Origin: Promethearchaeum syntrophicum
GTDB taxonomy: Archaea; Asgardarchaeota; Lokiarchaeia; Sigyniarchaeales; Promethearchaeaceae
Direction of reading: 5' to 3'
Length of the DNA: 32,000 nt
NCBI RefSeq assembly: GCF_008000775.2
Contig: NZ_CP042905.2
Coordinates: forward strand, 1,890,001-1,922,000
This document shows, piece after piece, positions 9,204 through 18,504 of this stretch. The notes below the pieces were generated by a model. That model was not told the origin of the DNA. It saw nothing but the letters and a program-made list of their open reading frames with translations, and did no database searches. The stretch's first letter is position 1; each line of letters opens with the position of its first letter. The position numbers and the translations under genes were made by a program.

Positions 9204-12200
9204 TTAAATTCGTTTGAATTTAATTTGAATAGTCCCTATTGTGCCCTGACTAAGTTTTTTTTCGCAATAAGAACATTTTCCTTCTTGACCATCAAATATC
9301 TTTTGTACTGCCTTTTCCCTAATCATGGCAAAACATTTTCCATTGGTGCAGACATGAAATTCATGAAATATCCATTCATCTTCCTTCTCGATTTGTTGAT
9401 CGACAATTTCCAAAGGATACGCAGTTACTTTTTCAACAATTTTTGCTTTCGTATCTTTCAATGTGCCCAGTAAAAATGGATGTTCGGATGCAAGCTGTAG
9501 GTTTATTTCTTCTCCAGTTTGTAATTTATGTTGCTTGCGTAAAAATTGAATAGTTCGCAATAAATCCCGTAATATCCGTTCTTGTTGGAGTTTTTTAGAA
9601 TCTTTAATATCCAAGTAAATATTATACTCTGGTAATTCCGTTTCAATTATTTTACCTTTCCTTGGTTTCTCATCAACAATATAAATTTCCTTGACATTGC
9701 ACATTTCCTGAATAAGGTCCTTAAATAAGAGTTCTTTTTTCTCCTTTGGTAATAGGGATAGACTTTTAGTAGGCCATCTTAATTTAATCTTATGTTCTGA
9801 TTTTAGGGATCTAACTTCATCAATAATTTGACGAGCATCAAGCATTTGAGATTCTATTGCTTCATCTATGTATTTTTTTACAACTTTCGGCCATTTTTCT
9901 AAATGAACCGATGCTTTACTCTTTGTAATCATTTCATCTTTGAATAATTTCTGATAAATTTCTTCAGAGATCATTGGGTTAAGAGGTGCCATTAATAAAC
10001 ACAATTTGTAAAGGATATGCCATAGAACTGCTAAAGTGGTGTATTTCTCTTCATCTTCAGCATTCACATCAACTCTATCGCGAATAATAGTGATATACCA
10101 TCTTGATAAATCATTTAGAATATAATCTTGTAAACGGATTGGAATTGATGGCAATTCAAAAACATCATAGAGATCTGTCAATTCTTTTATTAATGAATAT
10201 GTTTTCGATAAAATCCATTTATCTACAGGAGAGAGTTCTTCATAAACGAATTTATGTTTCTTTGCATCAAATTTGTTTAGATTCATTTTTTCTTGAGCAA
10301 ATAAGAATGTATTCCAGAAAGTATTCAAGACTTTAAATGTATCTGTATATTCTTTGTAATCAAAATTAAAATCTCTCCCAGGTGGAACATTTCCAACGCA
10401 ATAAAATCTAAACGTTTCTATGCCCTTAATATTACTCCAGCGTCTGTCATCCTTGATATATTTCTTTTTTGCTGCTTTTCTAACTTTCTTTTTAGGATCT
10501 ATCTTTTTAGTTTTATCAAATTTTGAAATTGAAGCTAAAGTTGCGACTTTTCGCATTTCTTCTTTTTGTTTCTCTGTTAGGATCTCCACTTTACCTTCTA
10601 AAACATCTTGAGGTAATACCGCGTTTCCTATTGATTTAGACATCTTCATTCCATGTGAATGAACCCATCCATGCATAAAACATGCATTGTAATTTTTCCG
10701 TTTAGAAGAAAGCATAGCACTGGAAAGAAGTGAATTAAACCATCCTCTAATCTGATCTTTTCCTTCCAATATAAAATCCACAGGCTCCCAAGTATCATAA
10801 TGCTCATGCCCGTCAACAAATTGTTGAGATGCCCACATAACAGAACCACTATCAAGCCATACATCTGCTAAATCGGGAACTCTTTTCATTGTTCCTTTAT
10901 CGCATTTTGGACATTTCCAGGTCACTTCATTAATAATTGGGATATGAAGATCATCAGGGCAATCACCAGCTTTTTCTTTTAATTCCTCCATTGAGCCGAT
11001 TACATCTATTTCACCGCATTCTTCACTATCACAAACCCAAATTGAAAGCGGTATTCCCCATAATCTCTGACGTGAAATGCACCAATCTTGTAATGAATTT
11101 AACCATGATTTGAAGTTTGTAGAACCTGCTCTTTTTGGGATCCAAAGAATTTCTTCATTTGCCTTTAACATTTCATTTCTCAACGCGGAAGTTTTGAAAA
11201 ACCATTGCTTGGTTGCGCGATAAACTAGTTTGGTTTTACATCTCCAACAATGAGCATATTCGTGTTGAATTTTTTCTTCATGAATTAAAGTACCTTTTTC
11301 AATAAGCATATCCATTATTTCCCGATTTACTTCATGCACATATTTTCCTTCAAAAGTTTTCCCCGCTTCTTTAGTATAGCATCCATCCATTTCTACAGGA
11401 GAAAAAATAGGAATACCATTTGCTAAACCTACTTCAAAATCTTCAGGTCCATGGCCTGGAGCGCTGTGAACCAATCCAGAACCTCCTGTTTCTTGAACAT
11501 ATTCACGAGACATTAATATTGAATGAACTTTAGGTTCTTCTATTTCTAATTCTGCTTGATATGGGATTTCATCAGCCAATGGATGAATATATTTCTTTCC
11601 TTCTAACTGTGAACCTTGTATTCTCTCTCCATATTCAAATCCATCCTCTGTTTTTAAAGTTAAACCTAATTTATTCTGGAGTAAATCTGCAGTTGAAGCT
11701 ATCCCCATTATCCAATATTCGTCTTTAACGCGCATTTTAACATATTCTATATCAGGATTTGCCATTATATTTGTGTTTGACACAAGAGTCCATGGAGTTG
11801 TGGTCCAAATAACATAAAATGTTTTAGGATCTTCAACAGATCGAAATTTAACGAAAATTGCTGTGTCTTCTATATCGTAATATTCGAATTCATGTTTTGC
11901 TAAAGCTGTTCCACAACGTGGGCAACAATTCATAGGGCGAAACCCTTGATATAAATAGCCATTTTCCCACACTTTCTTTATGGTCCACCAAACGCCCTGA
12001 ATATATGTGTTTTTTAATGTGATATATGGATTATCCCAGTTCCAAAAATTACAGCCGAGTCTCTTAAATTGATCGTTCATTGGTTCGATTTTACTAATTG
12101 CATATTCTCTACACTCTTTAATGAATTTTTCTAAGCCATATTCCAAAATCTCTTTCTTATTTTTTATCCCCAACTTCTTTTCAATTTCAACTTCAATAGG

Positions 12201-12470
12201 TAATCCATGTGTATCATAACCGGGGGTGTCAATGACTCTAAATCCTCGCATTCTTTTATATTTAATAATCATGTCTTTTAGAATCTTGTTCCACGCAGTT
12301 CCAAGATGAACGTCCCCAGTAGTGTACGGTGGACCATCTAAATAGAAAAATTTCTTATTTTTTGCTTTGGGTTCAGCCTTTTTGATGAGATCATATGTTT
12401 TTTCCGTTTCCCACCATTTTATAATTCTTTCTTCGATTTCGTTTGAATCAAATTTTCCGAGTGTTTTCAT
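9204..12470 (-). CDS. ileS: Isoleucyl-tRNA synthetase, archaeal/eukaryotic type
   Basis: FFYLDGPPYTTGDVHLGTAWNKILKD (HIGH-region), GLPIEVEIEKKLG, RQRLWGIPL, GMKMSKSIGNAV (KMSKS), C-terminal CSYCEKKL zinc site; 1088 aa. Confidence 0.97.
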   Translation of the reverse strand: MKTLGKFDSNEIEERIIKWWETEKTYDLIKKAEPKAKNKKFFYLDGPPYTTGDVHLGTAWNKILKDMIIKYKRMRGFRVIDTPGYDTHGLPIEVEIEKKLGIKNKKEILEYGLEKFIKECREYAISKIEPMNDQFKRLGCNFWNWDNPYITLKNTYIQGVWWTIKKVWENGYLYQGFRPMNCCPRCGTALAKHEFEYYDIEDTAIFVKFRSVEDPKTFYVIWTTTPWTLVSNTNIMANPDIEYVKMRVKDEYWIMGIASTADLLQNKLGLTLKTEDGFEYGERIQGSQLEGKKYIHPLADEIPYQAELEIEEPKVHSILMSREYVQETGGSGLVHSAPGHGPEDFEVGLANGIPIFSPVEMDGCYTKEAGKTFEGKYVHEVNREIMDMLIEKGTLIHEEKIQHEYAHCWRCKTKLVYRATKQWFFKTSALRNEMLKANEEILWIPKRAGSTNFKSWLNSLQDWCISRQRLWGIPLSIWVCDSEECGEIDVIGSMEELKEKAGDCPDDLHIPIINEVTWKCPKCDKGTMKRVPDLADVWLDSGSVMWASQQFVDGHEHYDTWEPVDFILEGKDQIRGWFNSLLSSAMLSSKRKNYNACFMHGWVHSHGMKMSKSIGNAVLPQDVLEGKVEILTEKQKEEMRKVATLASISKFDKTKKIDPKKKVRKAAKKKYIKDDRRWSNIKGIETFRFYCVGNVPPGRDFNFDYKEYTDTFKVLNTFWNTFLFAQEKMNLNKFDAKKHKFVYEELSPVDKWILSKTYSLIKELTDLYDVFELPSIPIRLQDYILNDLSRWYITIIRDRVDVNAEDEEKYTTLAVLWHILYKLCLLMAPLNPMISEEIYQKLFKDEMITKSKASVHLEKWPKVVKKYIDEAIESQMLDARQIIDEVRSLKSEHKIKLRWPTKSLSLLPKEKKELLFKDLIQEMCNVKEIYIVDEKPRKGKIIETELPEYNIYLDIKDSKKLQQERILRDLLRTIQFLRKQHKLQTGEEINLQLASEHPFLLGTLKDTKAKIVEKVTAYPLEIVDQQIEKEDEWIFHEFHVCTNGKCFAMIREKAVQKIFDGQEGKCSYCEKKLSQGTIGTIQIKFKRI

Positions 12471-12612
12471 TTAACTTAACCTTAACCCTTAGTTTTCGCT
12501 AAACAAAAAAAGAAATCATGTTTAAAAAAATTTAGGAGAAATAGAATAATTAGGAGAAAAATAAAAAAAGAAATTGTAATTGAAAAAAAGAATAAAAATA
12601 TGATGTTAAAAA

Positions 12613-12825
12613 TTATTTGGAGCCAATCAAGGCATTCATTTGTCTTTCTTTTAAAACTTTGAATTGATCATGTTCAATTTCTTTCACAAGATTAGCTTCT
12701 TTTGTCAAAAATTGATTTAAAGCTTGGCGAACTGCTTCAGAACGGCTTGGGAAATATCCTAAATCAACTAATGTTTTTAAGCAGTCAAGGTATTGTTCCG
12801 GTATATTAATAGTAACGATTTTTAT
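12613..12825 (-). CDS. Ribbon-helix-helix (CopG/NikR-type) transcriptional regulator, 70 aa, missed by the ORF track; apparent ATA start codon
   Basis: Manual translation: (M)KIVTINIPEQYLDCLKTLVDLGYFPSRSEAVRQALNQFLTKEANLVKEIEHDQFKVLKERQMNALIGSK*. Classic RHH pattern (beta strand + YFPSRSEAVRQAL). GAGGGG lies 6 nt upstream of the ATA. Confidence 0.85.
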   Translation of the reverse strand: MKIVTINIPEQYLDCLKTLVDLGYFPSRSEAVRQALNQFLTKEANLVKEIEHDQFKVLKERQMNALIGSK

Positions 12826-12903
12826 TTTGTTCCCCTCTTTTTTCTAAAAAATTTTGATTTTACTGATGGTTTGTTTGAAGATAATAATTTGTTAACACTT
12901 TCT

Positions 12904-12950
12904 TTTTGTCGGCATTATTTTTAAAGAAATCTTATTCACATTCAATATAC
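12904..12950. repeat. Copy 1 of a 47-bp imperfect direct repeat
   Basis: TTTTGTCGGCATTATTTTTAAAGAAATCTTATTCACATTCAATATAC; 41/47 identical to the copy at 12975-13021. Confidence 0.8.
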
Positions 12951-12974
12951 AGATGTTAAGCCCTTAACTTCCTA

Positions 12975-13021
12975 TTTTGTCGGCATTATTTTTATTGCAT
13001 TCTTATTCATATTCACTATAC
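12975..13021. repeat. Copy 2 of a 47-bp imperfect direct repeat
   Basis: TTTTGTCGGCATTATTTTTATTGCATTCTTATTCATATTCACTATAC; offset 71 bp from copy 1. Confidence 0.8.
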
Positions 13022-13116
13022 CTAAATAATTATTTATTATGCCTGGTCCTCCTTATTATAAATAACTAAGCACTTGAAAAAGCATCAGAAATATATTGTT
13101 AATTGAGAGGATTAAA

Positions 13117-14487
13117 GTGAATCAGTACTCATCAGCACAAACTGGACCGATAGAAATTGAAAATATCTGTATTCGTTGTAAAGGATCCAGATTACTGTGC
13201 GGGAAGAAAACCTGTCCAATTTTGATGAGAAATTCCATTTTGAAAAGTTCCGTGGGCATAGATCCTAAGGATTATAAGGGCAAAAAAGATATTTTCGGTG
13301 CAAGTCCTCCTGCTGTCTTTGTTGGATCTTATGGATACCCGAAAGTAAATATTGGCCCACTTCTCCCAATTGGAGAGTATGCAAAATCTAAAGACACACA
13401 TTTTTTGGATTCTCCCGAATCTTGGTTTGGAAAACCAATTGAAGAAATAGTTGGTTTTCGTTCAAGTATGATTCGTTCAAATTTTAATATCAGTGTTCGT
13501 TATAATGATAATCTTGATACCACATACGGGAAATTAAATAGATCTAATCGGAAATTACTGGATGCAACTCAAGAATTAACTCTCGCTTCAAATTCAGTTG
13601 ATACTGAAGCACACCTTTCAAGAATACGTTTCAATTTAAAATATGATACTAATGCTGCACCAACAGGACCTTCTGGAAGGGCGGAAGAGATAAAAGTAGT
13701 TGATAATATTAAAGTTCTTAAATCCGTTGATAAAGTGTATTCTGATAGAGATCTCAAAGCAGCCGATGCAATTTTAGATTATTTATACAAATCTGAAGAT
13801 GTATCAATTACTTCAATTCAACGTTTACTTTCAGCAGGGTTACTGGGTGTAAAGAAAAAGAGAACGCTAGTTCCTACGAGATGGAGTATTACAGCAGTAG
13901 ATGATATTATCGGGAAAGGAATAGCCAAGAAATTAATTCATTTTCAAACATTAGATAAGACTTACACCTTTACGGGGAAATATCTAGATAATAAATTTCT
14001 GATTTTACTCACCCCTGGTCCATGGAGCTATGAGATGAATGAATATTGGCATCGGGACTCCATTTGGAATCAAGATATTCCTGGTGTTTCTAATAACCAA
14101 CCGTCTATGCCTGTTATTGCGACTGATTATGAATTCGAAAAAGGTAGAAAGAATTATGCTGGAAATATCACAGGAGCATATTACGCCGCTCGAAAGGAAG
14201 TTGAAGAATTTTTATTCAAACAAAGACGACAAGCACGTGTGTTTGTTTTTAGAGAGATCTCGGGAGGTTATCTCGTTCCCCTTGGTGTTTGGGTCATTAG
14301 AGAGACTGTACGTAATATTTTGTCAGATGGAATGAAGGGAGGGAATGTGCAAATCCACGAATCTTTGGAAACTGCTCTTCAACGCATTAGAGAAGTATTC
14401 ACTCTTCCTATTAAACACTGGATAAAAACAAGTCACCTTATCCCTTATATTCGTAAACAACGTCGATTGGATTATTGGATGGTTTGA
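13117..14487 (+). CDS. nreA: NreA-like archaeal DNA repair protein
   Basis: N-terminal zinc-binding CIRCKGSRLLCGKKTCPIL, GASPPAVFVGSYGYPKVNIGPL, conserved C-terminal Nre region, and terminal QRRLDYWMV resembling a PCNA-interacting (PIP) motif. Track start is TTG 13096; GTG at 13117 with GAGAGG 6 nt upstream is more likely. Confidence 0.88.
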   Translation: MNQYSSAQTGPIEIENICIRCKGSRLLCGKKTCPILMRNSILKSSVGIDPKDYKGKKDIFGASPPAVFVGSYGYPKVNIGPLLPIGEYAKSKDTHFLDSPESWFGKPIEEIVGFRSSMIRSNFNISVRYNDNLDTTYGKLNRSNRKLLDATQELTLASNSVDTEAHLSRIRFNLKYDTNAAPTGPSGRAEEIKVVDNIKVLKSVDKVYSDRDLKAADAILDYLYKSEDVSITSIQRLLSAGLLGVKKKRTLVPTRWSITAVDDIIGKGIAKKLIHFQTLDKTYTFTGKYLDNKFLILLTPGPWSYEMNEYWHRDSIWNQDIPGVSNNQPSMPVIATDYEFEKGRKNYAGNITGAYYAARKEVEEFLFKQRRQARVFVFREISGGYLVPLGVWVIRETVRNILSDGMKGGNVQIHESLETALQRIREVFTLPIKHWIKTSHLIPYIRKQRRLDYWMV

Positions 14488-14536
14488 AAGAATTACTATA
14501 AAAAGATTTAATTAAAATTGAGTTTTTGACATTATA

Positions 14537-15088
14537 ATGAGTGTTGCTTTGCTTGTTATCGGAATATGTTTTTTAATATTTAGGATTTGGTTAACCGAAT
14601 TCCGATTAAAAGAAGAGCTCCAATTCCGGCGACACTATTTATCGCGTTTTTTAAATTATTATTTTTGCCTAGCTTTAATTTCAAGTTTTTCATGGGATCT
14701 CTTTAATTTTATTTTAATCAGCGAAACAATTCCAATGATAATTGCTCTAATTGGTTGGGATATTCCCTTCTTCATCAAATTTAATAACCAAACCCATTGG
14801 GAAAAGAATAAAGTATGGTTAATTGTCGAAAGAGCAACTCTGCATCCTCCAATGATAGCAACGATTATTTGGATGTTTATTTCGGGTTTGAAATCTTTTG
14901 TGGATTCTTCAAACTTAATCCCAATTATAATCATCACATTGATTATAGGTTTACTTCCCTATTTTCTATTTGATCAAAGATGGACAAGAAATTTCATCAA
15001 AAAGGGTGTTTTTTTTAGTTTTAGGTGGGAAATTCTAACTATTGCAATCATATCTTTGATACTGACAATTATTTATTTTCTAATTTAG
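14537..15088 (+). CDS. Small polytopic membrane protein, uncharacterised
   Basis: 183-aa ORF with about 5 hydrophobic helices. Confidence 0.6.
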   Translation: MSVALLVIGICFLIFRIWLTEFRLKEELQFRRHYLSRFLNYYFCLALISSFSWDLFNFILISETIPMIIALIGWDIPFFIKFNNQTHWEKNKVWLIVERATLHPPMIATIIWMFISGLKSFVDSSNLIPIIIITLIIGLLPYFLFDQRWTRNFIKKGVFFSFRWEILTIAIISLILTIIYFLI

Positions 15089-15266
15089 ATTCAAAATTGA
15101 TCTAATTTTATTATTGTTATATTTATAGCTTAACTTAAATTCGAGCGAAAAGAATACTCATGAGGATTAGGTATAAAAATATAACCTCGATCGGAAAAAT
15201 CTAATAGCACAATTTTCAATAGTACTATTAATAGAGAAAAATTAAAATTTTTGAGCTTAAAAAAAA

Positions 15267-15803
15267 ATGAAACTTGTTAAGGAACCTAATAGTATCATCA
15301 AATTACTAAACTCAAGCAATGAAGATGAGAAAACTTTAGGATACAAGTCATTTTTAAGTCGAACACACTGGTTTTCTGCTCAAACTCCTGAAGCATTAAA
15401 AATTTTTGCATGTAATCAATTAAATGTAAATCCTCGATATGTTTTAGCTACAGGTTTTAAAAAAATAGAGCCGGCCTTTTTATATGCAAGTCAAGACTCG
15501 TTGGAAAATAAAAAACTCAAAATGGTTTCAGCAGCCTATGATTATGTTAAAAGTATCAATGAAGAGATCCCCCCCATCATTGTGTGGAATTTTTTTGATT
15601 CGCAGAAAATTAGATTTATTGTTCACGATGGCCATCATAGAGCATTTTTCGCTTATCGTTATCATAGAAAAGTAAAGGCAGTTATACTCGAACCATTAGG
15701 GAATTATCACCAAATGGAAGAAAAGTTTAATTACGCGTTTCAAATTCAAAAAAGGGTAATAGATTTACCCGTTACTCGTCAAAAAGCAGATATGGTGAAT
15801 TAA
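15267..15803 (+). CDS. ParB/sulfiredoxin-like domain protein (paralog 1)
   Basis: IPPIIVWNFFDSQKIRFIVHDGHHRAFFAYRYHRKVKAVILE matches the ParB/Srx core (DGHHR box). Confidence 0.7.
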   Translation: MKLVKEPNSIIKLLNSSNEDEKTLGYKSFLSRTHWFSAQTPEALKIFACNQLNVNPRYVLATGFKKIEPAFLYASQDSLENKKLKMVSAAYDYVKSINEEIPPIIVWNFFDSQKIRFIVHDGHHRAFFAYRYHRKVKAVILEPLGNYHQMEEKFNYAFQIQKRVIDLPVTRQKADMVN

Positions 15804-16403
15804 ATGGTAAATTCAGAGATTAAATGGGAATTTATAGATGTTGATGAATTTACAATCAAGCATCTTCAAGATTTCAATGTAAAAGATTTAACCAGGATGT
15901 TTTTGAGAGTAGAAGATCCAATGGTTCCTGAATTAGCTTATCTCGCATTTTTGTTAAAAAGCAAATGGGGAGTTACATTTGATATTGAGCGAGGTATAAG
16001 AAGAACATTAATGCAACTTAGATTACCTCTATTTGAAGGAAAAGGATTAAGCTGGAAGGAAAGAAAAATGAATCCCGCTAAAATTTGGGCTTCTGAAGAT
16101 TCCTTGGATTTTGAAAAGTTCCAAATGGTAAAAGTAGCCCTCGAATATATGATAAAAAATCATAAACCAATCCCCCCGGTAGTAGTTTGGCTCATAAAAA
16201 CAGAGTCTAGATATAACCTCGTATGCCATGATGGACATCATCGTATTCATGTAGCTAATGAATTAAAAATGCCGATTCCCGCGATTGTTCTTGAATATTG
16301 GATTGATAATCGAGAGATTCCTATTTTACCTCAAAAAATACCATATCGGAAAATTAATAGTTATGTAATTGATTTACCCATAGAAAAATTCGTTCCAATC
16401 TAA
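15804..16403 (+). CDS. ParB/sulfiredoxin-like domain protein (paralog 2)
   Basis: IPPVVVWLIKTESRYNLVCHDGHHRIHVANELKMPIPAIVLE; clearly homologous to the upstream ORF and abuts it (TAA followed directly by ATG). Confidence 0.7.
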   Translation: MVNSEIKWEFIDVDEFTIKHLQDFNVKDLTRMFLRVEDPMVPELAYLAFLLKSKWGVTFDIERGIRRTLMQLRLPLFEGKGLSWKERKMNPAKIWASEDSLDFEKFQMVKVALEYMIKNHKPIPPVVVWLIKTESRYNLVCHDGHHRIHVANELKMPIPAIVLEYWIDNREIPILPQKIPYRKINSYVIDLPIEKFVPI

Positions 16404-16472
16404 GGTAAATTTCATTTTTTTATTAATTTGGAAAACAATTACTTTAAAATTTCAAGTTAATTTTTATAAAAT

Positions 16473-17234
16473 ATGAATTTTGAAGAAAAATATGAATTTG
16501 CTAAAGAAAAATTCAAAACCTTTAGAAATTATATCGAAATATCTGATTTTAGACAATTTATGTTATTAATTTTAAATATCGAAGGAGACGGTGCCGAGGC
16601 CATAATGCGACAATTAGGTATGGGTTCTAAAACCAAGACACTATTGCCATATGATCCTTTCAAGAAAGCGTATTATACCAAAGTGATATCAAGTCTTTCT
16701 ATGAAAAATCAATTAAAAATATACATAAAATCAGAGAAAATTAATGAATCTCTGCTGAATAAATCAGATTCTAAGATTTTTACAGAAAATTTAAGTGAAT
16801 ATGAACGAAAAAACCTTCTTCCTAACAAATTTGCTTTGATTACTCCATCAGTAGTAGATACTTTGTATGAAAATCCTGAAAAAATTGAAAAAAAGGAAAT
16901 TATTCCGGTTATCGAATCCTTATATGAAGATTTAGCAGAATTTATTGCTAGTCAAAATTTAAAATATATTTTTATTTTGGAAGATGATACTGCAGATATT
17001 TTATTTACTGTAAATATGTCGTATGCTCCTGATACTAATTCTTCAAATCTGATCCAGTTCTTTGATGTTTTTATTGATGAAGAAAAGAAGATTCGAAATC
17101 ATACATTTATTAGAATGAAAAAGGATGAGATAGATATGGAATTTATGAATGAAATTAAAGAATATAGTCATTCTGACATTTTTAAATCACATTTCACCAT
17201 TATTGTTAAAATTAAATCATTCGATTTATTATAA
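16473..17234 (+). CDS. Hypothetical protein, 253 aa
   Basis: Long complete ORF; no family recognised. Confidence 0.6.
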   Translation: MNFEEKYEFAKEKFKTFRNYIEISDFRQFMLLILNIEGDGAEAIMRQLGMGSKTKTLLPYDPFKKAYYTKVISSLSMKNQLKIYIKSEKINESLLNKSDSKIFTENLSEYERKNLLPNKFALITPSVVDTLYENPEKIEKKEIIPVIESLYEDLAEFIASQNLKYIFILEDDTADILFTVNMSYAPDTNSSNLIQFFDVFIDEEKKIRNHTFIRMKKDEIDMEFMNEIKEYSHSDIFKSHFTIIVKIKSFDLL

Positions 17235-17275
17235 ACAAATTTGACAGAAGAAAATATAAAAAAGGTGTTTTTTAT

Positions 17276-18367
17276 TTAGGTTATCGTAATATAACCTTTA
17301 TCTTTAAATTCTTCAAGAATATCTGGAACTAAATTATAATCAAATTCCAAAGTTCGTTCATAAGCTCTTTTTTCTAAATGATTAATTATTCCTGCCATAG
17401 AAACAACAGTTTCGCCCCTGATTATTTGGAGAACGTGTTTTTTAATGTCAGTATCTTGGTTTTCTGCCGTCCGCACATGGATTGCTGAATTATAGAAGTA
17501 TAAATGATCGATTTTTGGTTTTTCTGCTTTAGCTTCTGCTTTGGTTTCAGATTTGGCTTCTGGTTCTTTCCACAAATCTTTTCTTAAGTGCATAACTTCT
17601 ATCCACCGAAAAGAAAACAGGTTTTCTTGGTCTGGATATTTTTTTTTCATTATTTTCTGAAAGTTTTTGTCATCGGTATTCATGCTCTCAAATTCATCTG
17701 TAAATTTCAGAATATAATCAATTGTATTTTTGGCATATATCAAGCTTAATTTTGAATCTTTTTCTCTTAACGAGTCTAAAACTTCTTGAAAAGCTTCAGA
17801 ACTACTATCACCAAATGGTTTTTGAACACTAATTTTATATAAAACATTAAAAATAGAGTAATTCTTTAATTTTTCACTTTGTTTATCATTAAATTCAAGA
17901 TAACTTGGTGGATTCATTATTATACACGTTTCAGGCATTTTTGGAAAAAACCATGCAAGTGCATTAAAAAGTACCCCAAATCTTTCTGAATCTAAATCAT
18001 CTTCGATAAAAAGAATTGGACTCTCAACAAAACAAGATAATAATAATGATCGAAAATCTCGTTCATTAATGAAATTTAAAAGATTTTTTAAAGAAATATC
18101 AAAAGTTTCTTTTTTCTTAAGTAGAAAATTGAGTTTTGATTTAATTTTTAATGCTTCTGCTTTTAACGAGTATTCTAATACTAAATAATCTCTAACTTTA
18201 AAGTTCTTATCGATATATGCGTAAAATTCATGAGGGCAGACGAGATCTCGCGGAATGTAAACAGATGTTGCACCAGAATCCTTTTCTGTAATAACAGCTG
18301 TAGGTACAGGGATTCTTCCTGATTTTGAACAAACTGGACAAACGACCATTATTCTTTTTTCGCTCAT
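17276..18367 (-). CDS. Uncharacterised zinc-ribbon protein (363 aa) with possible DENN-like core segment
   Basis: N-terminal CPVCSKSGRIPVP...CPHEFYAYIDKNFKVRDY, then RSLLLSCFVESPILFIEDDLDSERFGVLFNALAWFFPKMPETCIIMNPP; Ala/Lys/Glu-rich linker and a C-terminal domain with helical wHTH-like character. Confidence 0.7.
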   Translation of the reverse strand: MSEKRIMVVCPVCSKSGRIPVPTAVITEKDSGATSVYIPRDLVCPHEFYAYIDKNFKVRDYLVLEYSLKAEALKIKSKLNFLLKKKETFDISLKNLLNFINERDFRSLLLSCFVESPILFIEDDLDSERFGVLFNALAWFFPKMPETCIIMNPPSYLEFNDKQSEKLKNYSIFNVLYKISVQKPFGDSSSEAFQEVLDSLREKDSKLSLIYAKNTIDYILKFTDEFESMNTDDKNFQKIMKKKYPDQENLFSFRWIEVMHLRKDLWKEPEAKSETKAEAKAEKPKIDHLYFYNSAIHVRTAENQDTDIKKHVLQIIRGETVVSMAGIINHLEKRAYERTLEFDYNLVPDILEEFKDKGYITIT

Positions 18368-18504
18368 AGCTTATCGCTTTTTTTGTATCTATATTAAATT
18401 GGGAAAAGATGTTATATTTAAAATTGATCTAACTAACGAATGATCTGTTTAATATCTAAGTATTACATATTTCAGAAAATACAGAAAAGTAAAAAAAAAT
18501 AGAT

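Noticed and set aside
9225-10864. Several short ORFs on the + strand inside ileS and one on the - strand (10646..10864)
   Set aside because: All overlap the strongly supported 1088-aa ileS gene; they are short, without recognisable motifs, and best explained as antisense or out-of-frame ORFs.
12904-13021. CRISPR-like interpretation of the two 47-bp repeats
   Set aside because: Only two copies, six mismatches, a 24-bp separation and no cas genes; an operator or local duplication is more likely.
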